DNA of 32,000 nucleotides from Candidatus Nanosynbacter sp. BB002 (GTDB lineage Bacteria; Patescibacteriota; Saccharimonadia; Saccharimonadales; Saccharimonadaceae): NCBI RefSeq assembly GCF_037013405.1, contig NZ_CP146064.1, positions 750,001 to 782,000 of the forward strand, read 5' to 3'. Shown piece by piece: positions 16,781 to 24,999 of this stretch (position 1 is its first letter; each line of letters starts with the position of its first letter). The notes under the pieces were generated by a model. It saw only the letters and a program-made list of their open reading frames with translations, ran no database searches and was not told where the DNA came from. The position numbers and the translations under genes were made by a program.

Positions 16781-16808
16781 ATCGCCTGTGCTTCCGGCCA
16801 AATTCGCT
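16781..16808. repeat. 28-nt dispersed repeat, copy 2 (partner 15237-15264)
   Basis: See copy 1. This copy lies in the short spacer just upstream of the DUF1697 start codon. Confidence 0.6.
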
Positions 16809-16816
16809 AGCGATGC

Positions 16817-17224
16817 TTATTTAGCAGGAGTATAGAACAAGGTGTCTGGTCTGCGAACCACGTGCGTTATAGTACTACTACGATTGCCGTATTTACTCTG
16901 TAGATCAATGATGGTGACGTGCTGTTCTGTTGGTCCTGGGCCTGTTTTGAGTACCTGAACCGTGACAACGTCATTTGTTGTCGTCACGCCATATAAGCGC
17001 CCGGCCGACAGACGAACATTGTCTGGCGAAGGGTCTTTGACTGACTGATTAAAATAGAACCGCCACTGCGCAACACTACCAGATTTTGGTGCCGGAATAT
17101 ATTCGGCACGCCGTAACCGTGGACCTCGCCCGTCGACCAGGATAAACATAACAGCAACAGCAATAATCGCGACCGCCATCACCCATTGCCACCGCTGCAT
17201 TCTTTTCACAACACTAATAGACAT
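16817..17224 (-). CDS. Hypothetical single-pass membrane protein, third gene of the permease operon
   Basis: The ATG at 17224 (MSISVVKRMQRWQWVMAVAIIAVAVMFILV) is preceded by AAGGAG. It has one TM helix and then a beta-rich soluble part. I recognise no family. Confidence 0.55.
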   Translation of the reverse strand: MSISVVKRMQRWQWVMAVAIIAVAVMFILVDGRGPRLRRAEYIPAPKSGSVAQWRFYFNQSVKDPSPDNVRLSAGRLYGVTTTNDVVTVQVLKTGPGPTEQHVTIIDLQSKYGNRSSTITHVVRRPDTLFYTPAK

Positions 17225-17963
17225 ATTGGTTTTTCTCCTTATCAATCGGTCTGACATAATCAGGTGACAAGACCGTACGATCGGTGGTGTTAGTATTTGG
17301 ATTAGCGATAAACACCCCGCTGGTCTCTACCCACTGGTCTGGAGCAAAGGTTTTGCGCCAGCCTGGGCTGTACACTGGTACACCAATTGGGCGAGCATCC
17401 AAAGCACAACACGTCACCACAAAACGCGAAACAAAGAAAACATTCTCGTCATTGCTAGCCGTGATAAATCCGCTCACTTTGGCTGGCTTGTTTTGGTATT
17501 GTTTTGGGTCACTGGATTGGGATAATAAGAGCGACCAATCTTTGATGGTGAAGTTAGTATAACTACCCCGTTCTTTGAGAATGGCTGATTCACGAGCATC
17601 ACCAGTTGCCTTCGCCCCACTATTCATCACCCGCTGGCTCACCGTCAAGCTGGTTAGCGCTGCTGGCTGAATAACTAGCAACATACCTATTGAAATTATG
17701 ACTATCACCGCAGTGCCATACGAGCGATATCGTTTATGTGAGGTTTTGTGATTGTGCTTTGGCAGAGTGATAATCGTGGCGAGGGCGAGTAAAACACCAG
17801 TTGTTGCTAGCGCCAAGGAAAATAATTCATAGCGCGGATGAATATACCATTTGAGTTTTTCCTCAAACGAGAGCCATATCGTAGCAATGCTGGCAACTAG
17901 TATCAGCAGGATGCCACTCCATTCGTCTAGCTTATTGAGCCAGTGTAACACCCTAGAATACAT
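17214..17963 (-). CDS. TIGR03943/DUF1980-like membrane protein (partner subunit of a two-component permease)
   Basis: 249 aa with N-terminal TM helices and a C-terminal domain carrying the VVTCCALDARP double-Cys motif. It overlaps the upstream permease gene by 11 nt. Confidence 0.55.
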   Translation of the reverse strand: MYSRVLHWLNKLDEWSGILLILVASIATIWLSFEEKLKWYIHPRYELFSLALATTGVLLALATIITLPKHNHKTSHKRYRSYGTAVIVIISIGMLLVIQPAALTSLTVSQRVMNSGAKATGDARESAILKERGSYTNFTIKDWSLLLSQSSDPKQYQNKPAKVSGFITASNDENVFFVSRFVVTCCALDARPIGVPVYSPGWRKTFAPDQWVETSGVFIANPNTNTTDRTVLSPDYVRPIDKEKNQYVY

Positions 17964-18933
17964 AATTTACCACCAATCCCAGCAGCGCCGTCAGTAATAC
18001 CACCAATAATGACACTTGCACCAGTACCGTTCGGCGATACGTCGTACGCATCAAGCTCAGCATTTTGATGTCAATCATCGGACCAAACGTCAGGAAGCTA
18101 ACTAGTGAGCCAGATGTAAACGTACCGCGAAATGCCAGCGCAAAGAATGCATCGACACTAGAACAAATCGACACCACAAACGCCAGCAGCACCATGACTA
18201 ACACTGACCAGGCTGGGCTATTCCCTAACAGTAAAATCGTTTCGCGCGGCACGACAACTTGGATAAAGCCAGCTATCATCGCACCAATGATCAATGCCGG
18301 CATCATGGTGCGCGTTTCATGCTTGAAAAAATGAAGCGCGTCAACCAGCCTGTTTGAATGGTCATTTTCTTCTTTGCAACTAGCGATAAATTCTGGGCGC
18401 AACATGGTCTCTTGCCGCGTCGAGCTGTATATCCAACCGATGAGATTGGCAATCAAAAAACCACCCAAAATCCTAGCAATCAGTACTGTATTATCATCAG
18501 AGAATGCCTGCTGGGTAGTAATGATAGTCACAGGATTTAGTATTGGTGCCGCCAAAAGGAAGGTGAGTGATTCTGCTGGTGTTAAGCCTTTGGCAAGCAA
18601 TCCACGCGCCAACGGCACATTACCACATTCACAGACCGGCATAAACACTCCGAGTAGCGAAATGAGGGCGCGACGCAAGAACGGCTGTTTTGGCAAGTGC
18701 TGGAGCAACCAGTCGTGAGGCAACCACACACGAACCGCCATAGAAAAGAACATGCCTAGCATCACAAATGGCAATGCTTCGACGATGACGCTCAAGCTCA
18801 GGGTGATAAAGTCCTGGAAATGCTTGGGTAGCTCTATGGACAGGTTTCGTCCAGCAACCTTCACCGCAAGAAGCACCACAACTACCGCTGCAGCCAATAG
18901 CCAACGTTTATTTGTACTTTGACGTTTTTTCAC
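17953..18933 (-). CDS. Permease (PF03773/ArsP_1-like, YraQ family)
   Basis: 326 aa, polytopic. The PVCECGNVPLARGLL Cys-x-Cys motif is typical of this family. GTG start. Confidence 0.6.
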   Translation of the reverse strand: MKKRQSTNKRWLLAAAVVVVLLAVKVAGRNLSIELPKHFQDFITLSLSVIVEALPFVMLGMFFSMAVRVWLPHDWLLQHLPKQPFLRRALISLLGVFMPVCECGNVPLARGLLAKGLTPAESLTFLLAAPILNPVTIITTQQAFSDDNTVLIARILGGFLIANLIGWIYSSTRQETMLRPEFIASCKEENDHSNRLVDALHFFKHETRTMMPALIIGAMIAGFIQVVVPRETILLLGNSPAWSVLVMVLLAFVVSICSSVDAFFALAFRGTFTSGSLVSFLTFGPMIDIKMLSLMRTTYRRTVLVQVSLLVVLLTALLGLVVNYVF

Positions 18934-18970
18934 TCATCTATTATACGTCTGGTTTGCCATTTTTAACAGT

Positions 18971-19010
18971 CAAGAAAGCAGCGCCCGAGGAGGTAGGCGC
19001 TGCTTTTTGT
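18971..19010 (-). terminator. Intrinsic terminator (bidirectional-looking hairpin)
   Basis: 9-bp GC-rich stem AGCAGCGCC (18977-18985) / GGCGCTGCT (18996-19004) with a 10-nt loop. On the minus strand it has an A-tract before and TTTCTT after. It sits 20 nt after the stop of the 19025-19468 gene. Confidence 0.6.
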
Positions 19011-19024
19011 TGATTCGCCGCTGG

Positions 19025-19468
19025 TTAATTGGCCTGCGGTGCGGTATTGGCGGTTGACGGCTGCGGTGAGCCAGATTGACCCGACGGAGCAGCTTGGTTA
19101 TTTTGCGCTGTGCCATTGTTATTCTGCCCTGCTGGTACTTGTGAGCTTTGACCAGTCTGATTCTGACTACCACCTGGTGCGCCGCCAGTTTGTCCACCCG
19201 GCCCGCCCTGCTGGCTATTTTGACTCCGACTCATACTTGGCGGACCACCAGCCTGATTATTCATACCGTTTTGCGTGCCACCGACCTGCATACCGACGAC
19301 GAAGCTCAGGGCGCAGGCCACTACGCCACTGACCGCTATACCAGTAATTGCCCCGGCACTTAACCCACTTTTGCCAGAGTTCGTGCCGTTTGGACGCGGC
19401 GCTGGTGGCTGATCATAGACCGCTTCTGGCGTGGTGAGTTGTGCTTGCTTGGTTTGTGAAATTGCCAT
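19025..19468 (-). CDS. G/Q/N/P-rich low-complexity membrane protein
   Basis: 147 aa. AAGGAG RBS. One TM helix (ITGIAVSGVVACALSFVVGMQVG), then a long Gly/Gln/Asn/Pro-rich tail. Confidence 0.65.
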   Translation of the reverse strand: MAISQTKQAQLTTPEAVYDQPPAPRPNGTNSGKSGLSAGAITGIAVSGVVACALSFVVGMQVGGTQNGMNNQAGGPPSMSRSQNSQQGGPGGQTGGAPGGSQNQTGQSSQVPAGQNNNGTAQNNQAAPSGQSGSPQPSTANTAPQAN

Positions 19469-19487
19469 AATTTCTCCTTTCGTTAAT

Positions 19488-22100
19488 TTACTCTCTCGAT
19501 AATTCGTACAGTGTTACATCGCTACCTCCATAATTAACGACGGTGCCAGTTTGCTTGACCCACGCCGTGATTTCATTATTACTGCCGCCTGGGCCGCCGC
19601 CACCACGACCGTGCGAGCTGATGGCGTAATATTTGACTTTGCCGGCCTTCACTAATTGCTTAAATTGATCGAGTGTCAGTGGCGTATCACTACCGTTAAA
19701 CCCACCGACCGCCATCACTGGCTGACCACTGGTCAGCTGAATCGCCGCTGATTCATTAGCACTCGCCACTGCCACCAGCCAGGTTGCGCCGTTTTGATGC
19801 TCTACGAGATACTGCACCAACTGGCTGTCCGCCTGCGACGATTCGTTATTACTCCCCTGCATCGCTGTGGAATTCGGCCCAGCGGTCGGAATGCTACCAG
19901 TGTGCGTGACATTGACTGTCGCCAATGTATACACCGTCGGGGCGAGTGTACAGGCGGCTATGGCAGCGATGATTGCCAAGTTTTGCAGCCATCGCCGCGG
20001 CGCGTAAAGATTAACTAACAACCCAATCATTCCCGTCAGACCCAACAGACCCACTATCCACATCAGCCACGTCATCGTCCCAGCGTAACCCAGGATAATC
20101 ACCGCTATCGCCACCGTCACGCCGACCAGTAGCGGCAGTAGCCACGCATATGGTTTGCGTCTGGTGTACGCGCCCCACAGAAACGGCAGACTAATACCGA
20201 CTAGTGCCGCCGCCGCTGGCGCCATCACCACCACGTAGTACGGATGGATCACACCGCTGGTCATGCTGAAAATCACAATGTGAATCAGCAGCCACAGCAT
20301 CCAGAAAATCACTGCTGCCCGCCCACGATTCGTTCGGGGTGTTTTGCGTAGAATCCACAGTAATAATCCACCGCCCGCCAGGGCTAGGACTAGCAACCAA
20401 GCAATATTTGGCCCAAAATCATTGTTAAAGATCCTGAAAATTCCCGTTTGCCCACCGAAGCCCGTACCACCCGGCCCGTGTCCACCACCCGGGCCGCCAC
20501 CGCGTCCGCCAAGCAGTCGACCAAAGCCGTTATAGCCAAAAATCAAACTCCAAATATTGTTATCATTAGTGCTGCCCACCCACGACCGATTACCAGCTGG
20601 CGTCAGCCAGACCAACACACTCCACCACAGCGTCGACATCGTCGTAATTACGCCCGCAAATATCAAGTGCAAAAATCGCGTTACAATCGGCGGCTTAGCA
20701 AACACCAGATAGACTAAAACCATCGCTGGTAGCACCATCAATCCTTGCAGCATCTTAGTGTTAAACGCCAACCCCGTGAATAGCCCTGCTAGACTCAGCC
20801 ACAACAGTGGTCGTTTCCCTTCCAGCGAGCGTAAAAACGCATAGCCACTAGCGCTCAACATCAGTGTCAAAATCGCATCAGGATTATTGAAACCAAACAT
20901 CAGTGCCGCCACTGGCGTTAGCATCAGTGTCGCTCCGGCAATAACAGCACTAGTGAAACCGAACTGCCGTTTCACTGCTCCGTACACCAGCCACACCGAA
21001 CCAACTCCTGCCAACACACTCGGTAGTAACATCGAAAAGCTTGAAAAGCCAAACAGTCGAGCACTCAAACCCATCAGCATTGTCGCCAGTGGTGGCTTAT
21101 CAACCGACACATAATTGGCTGCATCCAAACTACCAAACAGCCACGCCGTCCAATCCTGGCTGGCCGCCTGTATCGCCGCTGCATAGTAGCTGTTCGCCAT
21201 ACCGTTATGGAGCGCACCAAACAAATACAACGCACCAGTCAGTACTAACAGCACCGGTAGCATCCACTTCTCCAACCACGACCGTTTGTCTAGCTCCTTG
21301 TTGACGCGGTACAGTCCTTTCAGATCATCGACGGCCGTTTTCACAATTTTCACGCGGCTATCCGTATCTTCAATCCAGGTTACTGGTTGCTCGTGAATCG
21401 GCACGCCGGCTCGCTCGGTTTTGATCAGTAATTCGGTGTCAAAAAACCACTCATTGTCCTTGATTTTCGGTAATAATTTTGCGGCGACATCCCGGCGGAT
21501 CGCCTTGAAGCCGCACTGAGCGTCACTAAATTTGGTACGCGACGTCCATTTGATAATGCTGTTATAGCAACGCGAGATGAATTCCCGCTTCAGCCCACGG
21601 CTAGTTTTAGAATCTTTCAATAGCCGCGAACCGATCGCCACGCCAGCCTCGCCCGCCACCAACGGCTGAATCATTGGCAGAAAATCATCCAGGCTGGTCG
21701 ACAGATCGACATCCATGTACGCCAAAATGTCCGCTGGGCTATTCTGCCAGACCTGTTTGAGCGCTCGTCCGCGGCCACGCTCCGCTAGGCTAACGACTTG
21801 AACCGATTGGTGCTTTTCCGCTAAGTTTTTGGCAATTTCCAGCGTCTTATCCTGACTACCATTGTCCGCGATGGTGATTTGATAGCGATACGGCAGGTGT
21901 TTCGCCATATATTCATCAAGTGTCGTGATGCTTTTTTGAAGAATCTTCTCCTCATTGAGTGCCGGGACGACAATGTCAATGAGCGGACGGGCAATCGCCC
22001 GAAATGACGGTTGGTTATGAGCGGCGTCCAGGTGCCGCGGCCGAGTCAGTGGTTGGGATATGGTTGCTGCCTTCATAGTCATGCCAGCAACTATATCCAA
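19488..22100 (-). CDS. Fusion glycosyltransferase: GT2 polyprenyl-phosphate sugar synthase domain + GT39/GT-C (ArnT/PMT/YkcB-like) domain
   Basis: The N-terminal part has IDIVVPALNEE...TIADNGSQDKT...YMDVDLS (GT2, GtrB/YkcC-like). Then come more than 10 TM helices and a C-terminal soluble domain (GT-C). Gly-rich linkers: GGRGGGPGGGHGPGGTGFGG and HGRGGGGPGG. The start is uncertain: TTG at 22100 or ATG at 22082. Confidence 0.8.
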   Translation of the reverse strand: MDIVAGMTMKAATISQPLTRPRHLDAAHNQPSFRAIARPLIDIVVPALNEEKILQKSITTLDEYMAKHLPYRYQITIADNGSQDKTLEIAKNLAEKHQSVQVVSLAERGRGRALKQVWQNSPADILAYMDVDLSTSLDDFLPMIQPLVAGEAGVAIGSRLLKDSKTSRGLKREFISRCYNSIIKWTSRTKFSDAQCGFKAIRRDVAAKLLPKIKDNEWFFDTELLIKTERAGVPIHEQPVTWIEDTDSRVKIVKTAVDDLKGLYRVNKELDKRSWLEKWMLPVLLVLTGALYLFGALHNGMANSYYAAAIQAASQDWTAWLFGSLDAANYVSVDKPPLATMLMGLSARLFGFSSFSMLLPSVLAGVGSVWLVYGAVKRQFGFTSAVIAGATLMLTPVAALMFGFNNPDAILTLMLSASGYAFLRSLEGKRPLLWLSLAGLFTGLAFNTKMLQGLMVLPAMVLVYLVFAKPPIVTRFLHLIFAGVITTMSTLWWSVLVWLTPAGNRSWVGSTNDNNIWSLIFGYNGFGRLLGGRGGGPGGGHGPGGTGFGGQTGIFRIFNNDFGPNIAWLLVLALAGGGLLLWILRKTPRTNRGRAAVIFWMLWLLIHIVIFSMTSGVIHPYYVVVMAPAAAALVGISLPFLWGAYTRRKPYAWLLPLLVGVTVAIAVIILGYAGTMTWLMWIVGLLGLTGMIGLLVNLYAPRRWLQNLAIIAAIAACTLAPTVYTLATVNVTHTGSIPTAGPNSTAMQGSNNESSQADSQLVQYLVEHQNGATWLVAVASANESAAIQLTSGQPVMAVGGFNGSDTPLTLDQFKQLVKAGKVKYYAISSHGRGGGGPGGSNNEITAWVKQTGTVVNYGGSDVTLYELSRE

Positions 22101-22161
22101 GGCGTCTGTAATTTTGCTTTAAGAGTATATTAATCCAGTTCTTTTTGCACTTACAGCAGGA

Positions 22162-22917
22162 TTAGTAATATGGACTATCAAATAATGGTTTTGCGTCAGT
22201 CCCCTGGAGAGCATGGCGAACTTCATATCTGTGAGTGCGATCAAATACAGTAGCCTTATTGTTTACAAGTATTACGTTTATGTATTCTGGTAACTTATAC
22301 GACAATAGAGTTATACCCACCATCTCAATCGTCCTTGATACTGCTGTAAATATCTGTTTTGCGCTTTCTTGGTTATTGAAATCTGGAACATTCTTCTTAT
22401 TTCTAAAATCTCCGTCATGCTCATTTCCATTACGGTTGTCACGCAGATGATCCTGCCAGTTCCGCTTCTGAATATCAATAAATGATTTCAAGTCGCCCAC
22501 CTCAGGATGTCGCCTAATAAAGCCACTCATTTGCTGTTCATAGTCCTTACCCGCAAATATACATCCTATATCATATCCAAATGATCTAGTAAAATTTACG
22601 AGCCTATCCTTATAGGCGCTCCATAGGCAATTATAGAGTGAGTTATAAACTGCAGCTATTTCAGAGCTGGGCCGCGAATTAAAACCACTTTCTACCACCA
22701 CCTTGTAGTGATTCCTTGCTTCAAGGAGTTTTTCATAGATACGATCCGCGCAGAAATCAGCCTCATCTCTAATCTTGTCATTCTCTATTTTTTCTGCAGC
22801 TTTCTTAAATAGAAACCAAATACTCTCTACTTCTGGGTCACTAGGATTCCATTCTGCCCTTAATGAAAAAGTAAACTGTGTTTTATTAACTATCATACGG
22901 TTAATTGCCTTGATCAA
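22162..22917 (-). CDS. Uncharacterised protein, third gene of the ATPase/RloB cassette; contains an HEPN-like L-R-x2-R-N-x3-H motif
   Basis: 251-aa ORF, 22 nt after the RloB stop, with the same low GC. Motif LRDNRNGNEHDG has R162-H167 encoded at 22434-22417. I recognise no other family signature. The start is uncertain: TTG at 22917 or ATG at 22896. Confidence 0.55.
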   Translation of the reverse strand: MIKAINRMIVNKTQFTFSLRAEWNPSDPEVESIWFLFKKAAEKIENDKIRDEADFCADRIYEKLLEARNHYKVVVESGFNSRPSSEIAAVYNSLYNCLWSAYKDRLVNFTRSFGYDIGCIFAGKDYEQQMSGFIRRHPEVGDLKSFIDIQKRNWQDHLRDNRNGNEHDGDFRNKKNVPDFNNQESAKQIFTAVSRTIEMVGITLLSYKLPEYINVILVNNKATVFDRTHRYEVRHALQGTDAKPLFDSPYY

Positions 22918-22939
22918 TATCTATTCTTTTCCGTTATTC

Positions 22940-23566
22940 TCACTTTAGTTTAAGCAATCTCTCTACAAGCATAAAAACAGTAGTGGAGGGGTCGGCATTG
23001 GCAGGGTCATTCTTATCGCTCAATCTATATAGCTTCTTCGCATTTCGGATCGCAACACCTATCTTATCTTCAAGTTTGTCATACATTGACTGATCGTTCT
23101 TTTTATAGGCACCCATGATCTCTCTCAGCTTAACGATGTAATCAGAGCGTAATATTTGAGTGTCACAGTAATTAAAATGTAACAAATACCAAAGTTCAAA
23201 TGCATCATTAGAATATGCAACCCGCACTCCATTAGTTTTTGCTTTTTCAATCGCAGAGTTGAATAAAGCAACGTCACTAGGGTTTGCTCTATTCTTATCC
23301 CTGTCAAATACACACCAAACCTCTTCGTAATCGCCATCTTCTTCCATCAAGGCTAGTGCCCTATCGACTACGCTAGTATGTACCGCCCCTGCTGGCTCTA
23401 TAACTACATTCATGGTTCTAACCTTAAATCCCTTAAAATAGTTTGGCTCCGTCTTTGTCCCCTCACAAACGATAAGAATTCGCGGTTTAACCTCACGGTT
23501 TGCTGATTTTCTAGAAAGTCGACTCCTACCCCTAGAGCGCTCCCATGCTTTTGCCCTCCTACTCAT
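22940..23566 (-). CDS. RloB-like (Toprim-related) protein
   Basis: 208 aa. Motifs ILIVCEGTKTEPNYF, VWCVFDRD and VAYSNDAFELWYLLHF match the RloB family. The start is 9 nt after the ATPase stop. Confidence 0.8.
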   Translation of the reverse strand: MSRRAKAWERSRGRSRLSRKSANREVKPRILIVCEGTKTEPNYFKGFKVRTMNVVIEPAGAVHTSVVDRALALMEEDGDYEEVWCVFDRDKNRANPSDVALFNSAIEKAKTNGVRVAYSNDAFELWYLLHFNYCDTQILRSDYIVKLREIMGAYKKNDQSMYDKLEDKIGVAIRNAKKLYRLSDKNDPANADPSTTVFMLVERLLKLK

Positions 23567-23575
23567 TATGTTAAT

Positions 23576-24850
23576 CTATAAACTATTAAAATCCCCTATA
23601 TATGGTATTGCGCCATATCTACCATTTATATAATCTTTCTGAAATGAGGCATCTTTTCGAGGCTTATATTCCAACAATGAATATAAATGAGAGGAACCAT
23701 ACTTATCCTTTTCTGTGAACCAGATCTGGTCTCTTCTAAAATGGTTTCCTCGTAGAAGATTAGTGTCGTGGGTTGTAAATATTAACTGTGCATTCTTTTT
23801 ATTACTCGTCTTTGAATTGAAAAGTTTTACAATCTCTTTCGTTACGAGTGGATGAAGTTTTGACTCAAGTTCATCTACGACGATTGTTTTGCCAGTTTCA
23901 AGCGACTGAGCCAAACTTCCTGCTAAGGCAAATAATTTTTTAGTACCATCAGACTCTTGCCGCCGAAGATCAAACTCTTCAATACCCGACTCTTTACCGT
24001 TTTCATAAGCCTTACGACGAGTGATAATTCGGGGTGGCGCTTTTCCCCCACCTTCTTTTTCAAGGAGTGCATTTACACTCTCAATAAAAGCCCTCACTTG
24101 GTCAGATATCTCCAAATCAGCAGGTATCGCAATGGGCACGAAATCTCGCTCCTCGATAGCGATATCTTCAATTTGAACATCAAATCTATGAAGGATATCA
24201 AGGACCTGTTTCTTTCTCTTTTTACCGCTCTTGCCTTCTTCTAAGAGCATATCAGCAGTATTACTCAAATTAGAGTCTAACCCGCTCATAACAGACATAT
24301 CCTCAAACCACTCCATGATAGATTGAGTAATGCTTGCACCATTAAGCTGAGCTACAAATGATAAAAATAGTTTATCCTCTTTGATGCTATCGCTTAATCT
24401 TCTCCCCTCTCTAAATGAACGGCCAATAGTTATGTTTTGTTTTTCTCGAGTAAAAAGGGATGCTTCTCTGGTCGTCGGAACATAAAACAACCATTCTGAC
24501 AAGATACTCTTTCTGTCAATCTCAAAGCCATATCTATATCTTATATTATCCTTCATAAAAATTATTTCAAAGAAGCTTGGCTCATCTTTCATAGTTCTAT
24601 CAAGCTTATAAGCACAATTGCGTATTGGAGATTCCCCTAATACAAGATTTCGCATAAAACCAATTGCTCGAACAAAATTTGTCTTGCCGCTACCATTGGC
24701 ACCATAAACGGCCGCACTCTTAAGAACGCGCCTATTGTTAACTGGAAAAGTATTATCGTCTTCATGTGTCTTATCATTTGAAGCAAGCATACTAAATTCG
24801 GCCATTTCTTTAAATGATAGGCAGTTTGCAGTTCTAAATTCTATGAGCAT
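23576..24850 (-). CDS. ABC-like AAA ATPase (AAA_15/AAA_21, RloA/AbiLi/OLD-ATPase-like)
   Basis: Walker A GANGSGKTN, signature-like SDGTKKLF, Walker B IVVDELESKLHP, H-loop LIFTTHDTNLL. The true start is probably the ATG at 24850 (MLIEFRTANCLSFKE) behind TAAGGAG. The longer track ORF (to 24898) begins upstream of the predicted promoter's transcription start. Confidence 0.85.
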   Translation of the reverse strand: MLIEFRTANCLSFKEMAEFSMLASNDKTHEDDNTFPVNNRRVLKSAAVYGANGSGKTNFVRAIGFMRNLVLGESPIRNCAYKLDRTMKDEPSFFEIIFMKDNIRYRYGFEIDRKSILSEWLFYVPTTREASLFTREKQNITIGRSFREGRRLSDSIKEDKLFLSFVAQLNGASITQSIMEWFEDMSVMSGLDSNLSNTADMLLEEGKSGKKRKKQVLDILHRFDVQIEDIAIEERDFVPIAIPADLEISDQVRAFIESVNALLEKEGGGKAPPRIITRRKAYENGKESGIEEFDLRRQESDGTKKLFALAGSLAQSLETGKTIVVDELESKLHPLVTKEIVKLFNSKTSNKKNAQLIFTTHDTNLLRGNHFRRDQIWFTEKDKYGSSHLYSLLEYKPRKDASFQKDYINGRYGAIPYIGDFNSL

Positions 24851-24869
24851 AAATTTCTCCTTACCTGAA

Positions 24870-24898
24870 ATTATACCAAAATATACACTAAAATGCAA
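24870..24898 (-). promoter_or_regulatory. Near-consensus sigma70-type promoter of the ATPase-RloB-unknown cassette
   Basis: Minus strand reads TTGCAT (24898-24893), 17-nt spacer, TGgTATAAT (extended -10, TATAAT at 24875-24870). The AAGGAG RBS and ATG follow about 20 nt downstream. Confidence 0.55.
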
Positions 24899-24999
24899 TA
24901 ATTTGAGATTATTTCACAAATATACTGTTTTAAATCAATTTATAAGTCTTAATTCGTTATTTAAGCTTTTTTACAGCCCCACCCACTATACTCACCGAC

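Noticed and set aside
18970-19197. 75-aa minus-strand ORF overlapping the 3' part of the G/Q/N-rich gene.
   Set aside because: It is an alternative frame of a better-supported gene that has an AAGGAG RBS and a TM helix. It also runs through the terminator hairpin.
20440-20520. Repetitive G/C-rich stretch (also near 19585-19615) as a tandem repeat or CRISPR-like element.
   Set aside because: It is the coding sequence for Gly/Pro-rich linkers within one continuous ORF. It has no regular repeat-spacer periodicity.
22101-22161. Direct repeats or att sites flanking the low-GC cassette, or a duplicated tRNA-Asn 3' end at its left border.
   Set aside because: By eye I found only trivial T-rich similarity around ttacag at both borders. 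There is no copy of the tRNA 3' end and no integrase or recombinase gene. Insertion is inferred from composition and synteny logic only.
24851-24898. 16-codon N-terminal extension of the ATPase ORF (MHFSVYFGIISGKEKF).
   Set aside because: It begins inside the predicted promoter, upstream of the expected transcription start. The ATG at 24850 has a strong TAAGGAG RBS and gives the typical MLIEF... family N-terminus.
24940-24975. AT-rich imperfect hairpin followed by a T-run (plus strand) upstream of gtrA as a terminator.
   Set aside because: The stem is weak and imperfect (AGTCTTAA/TTAAGCTT). No upstream plus-strand gene exists for it to terminate.
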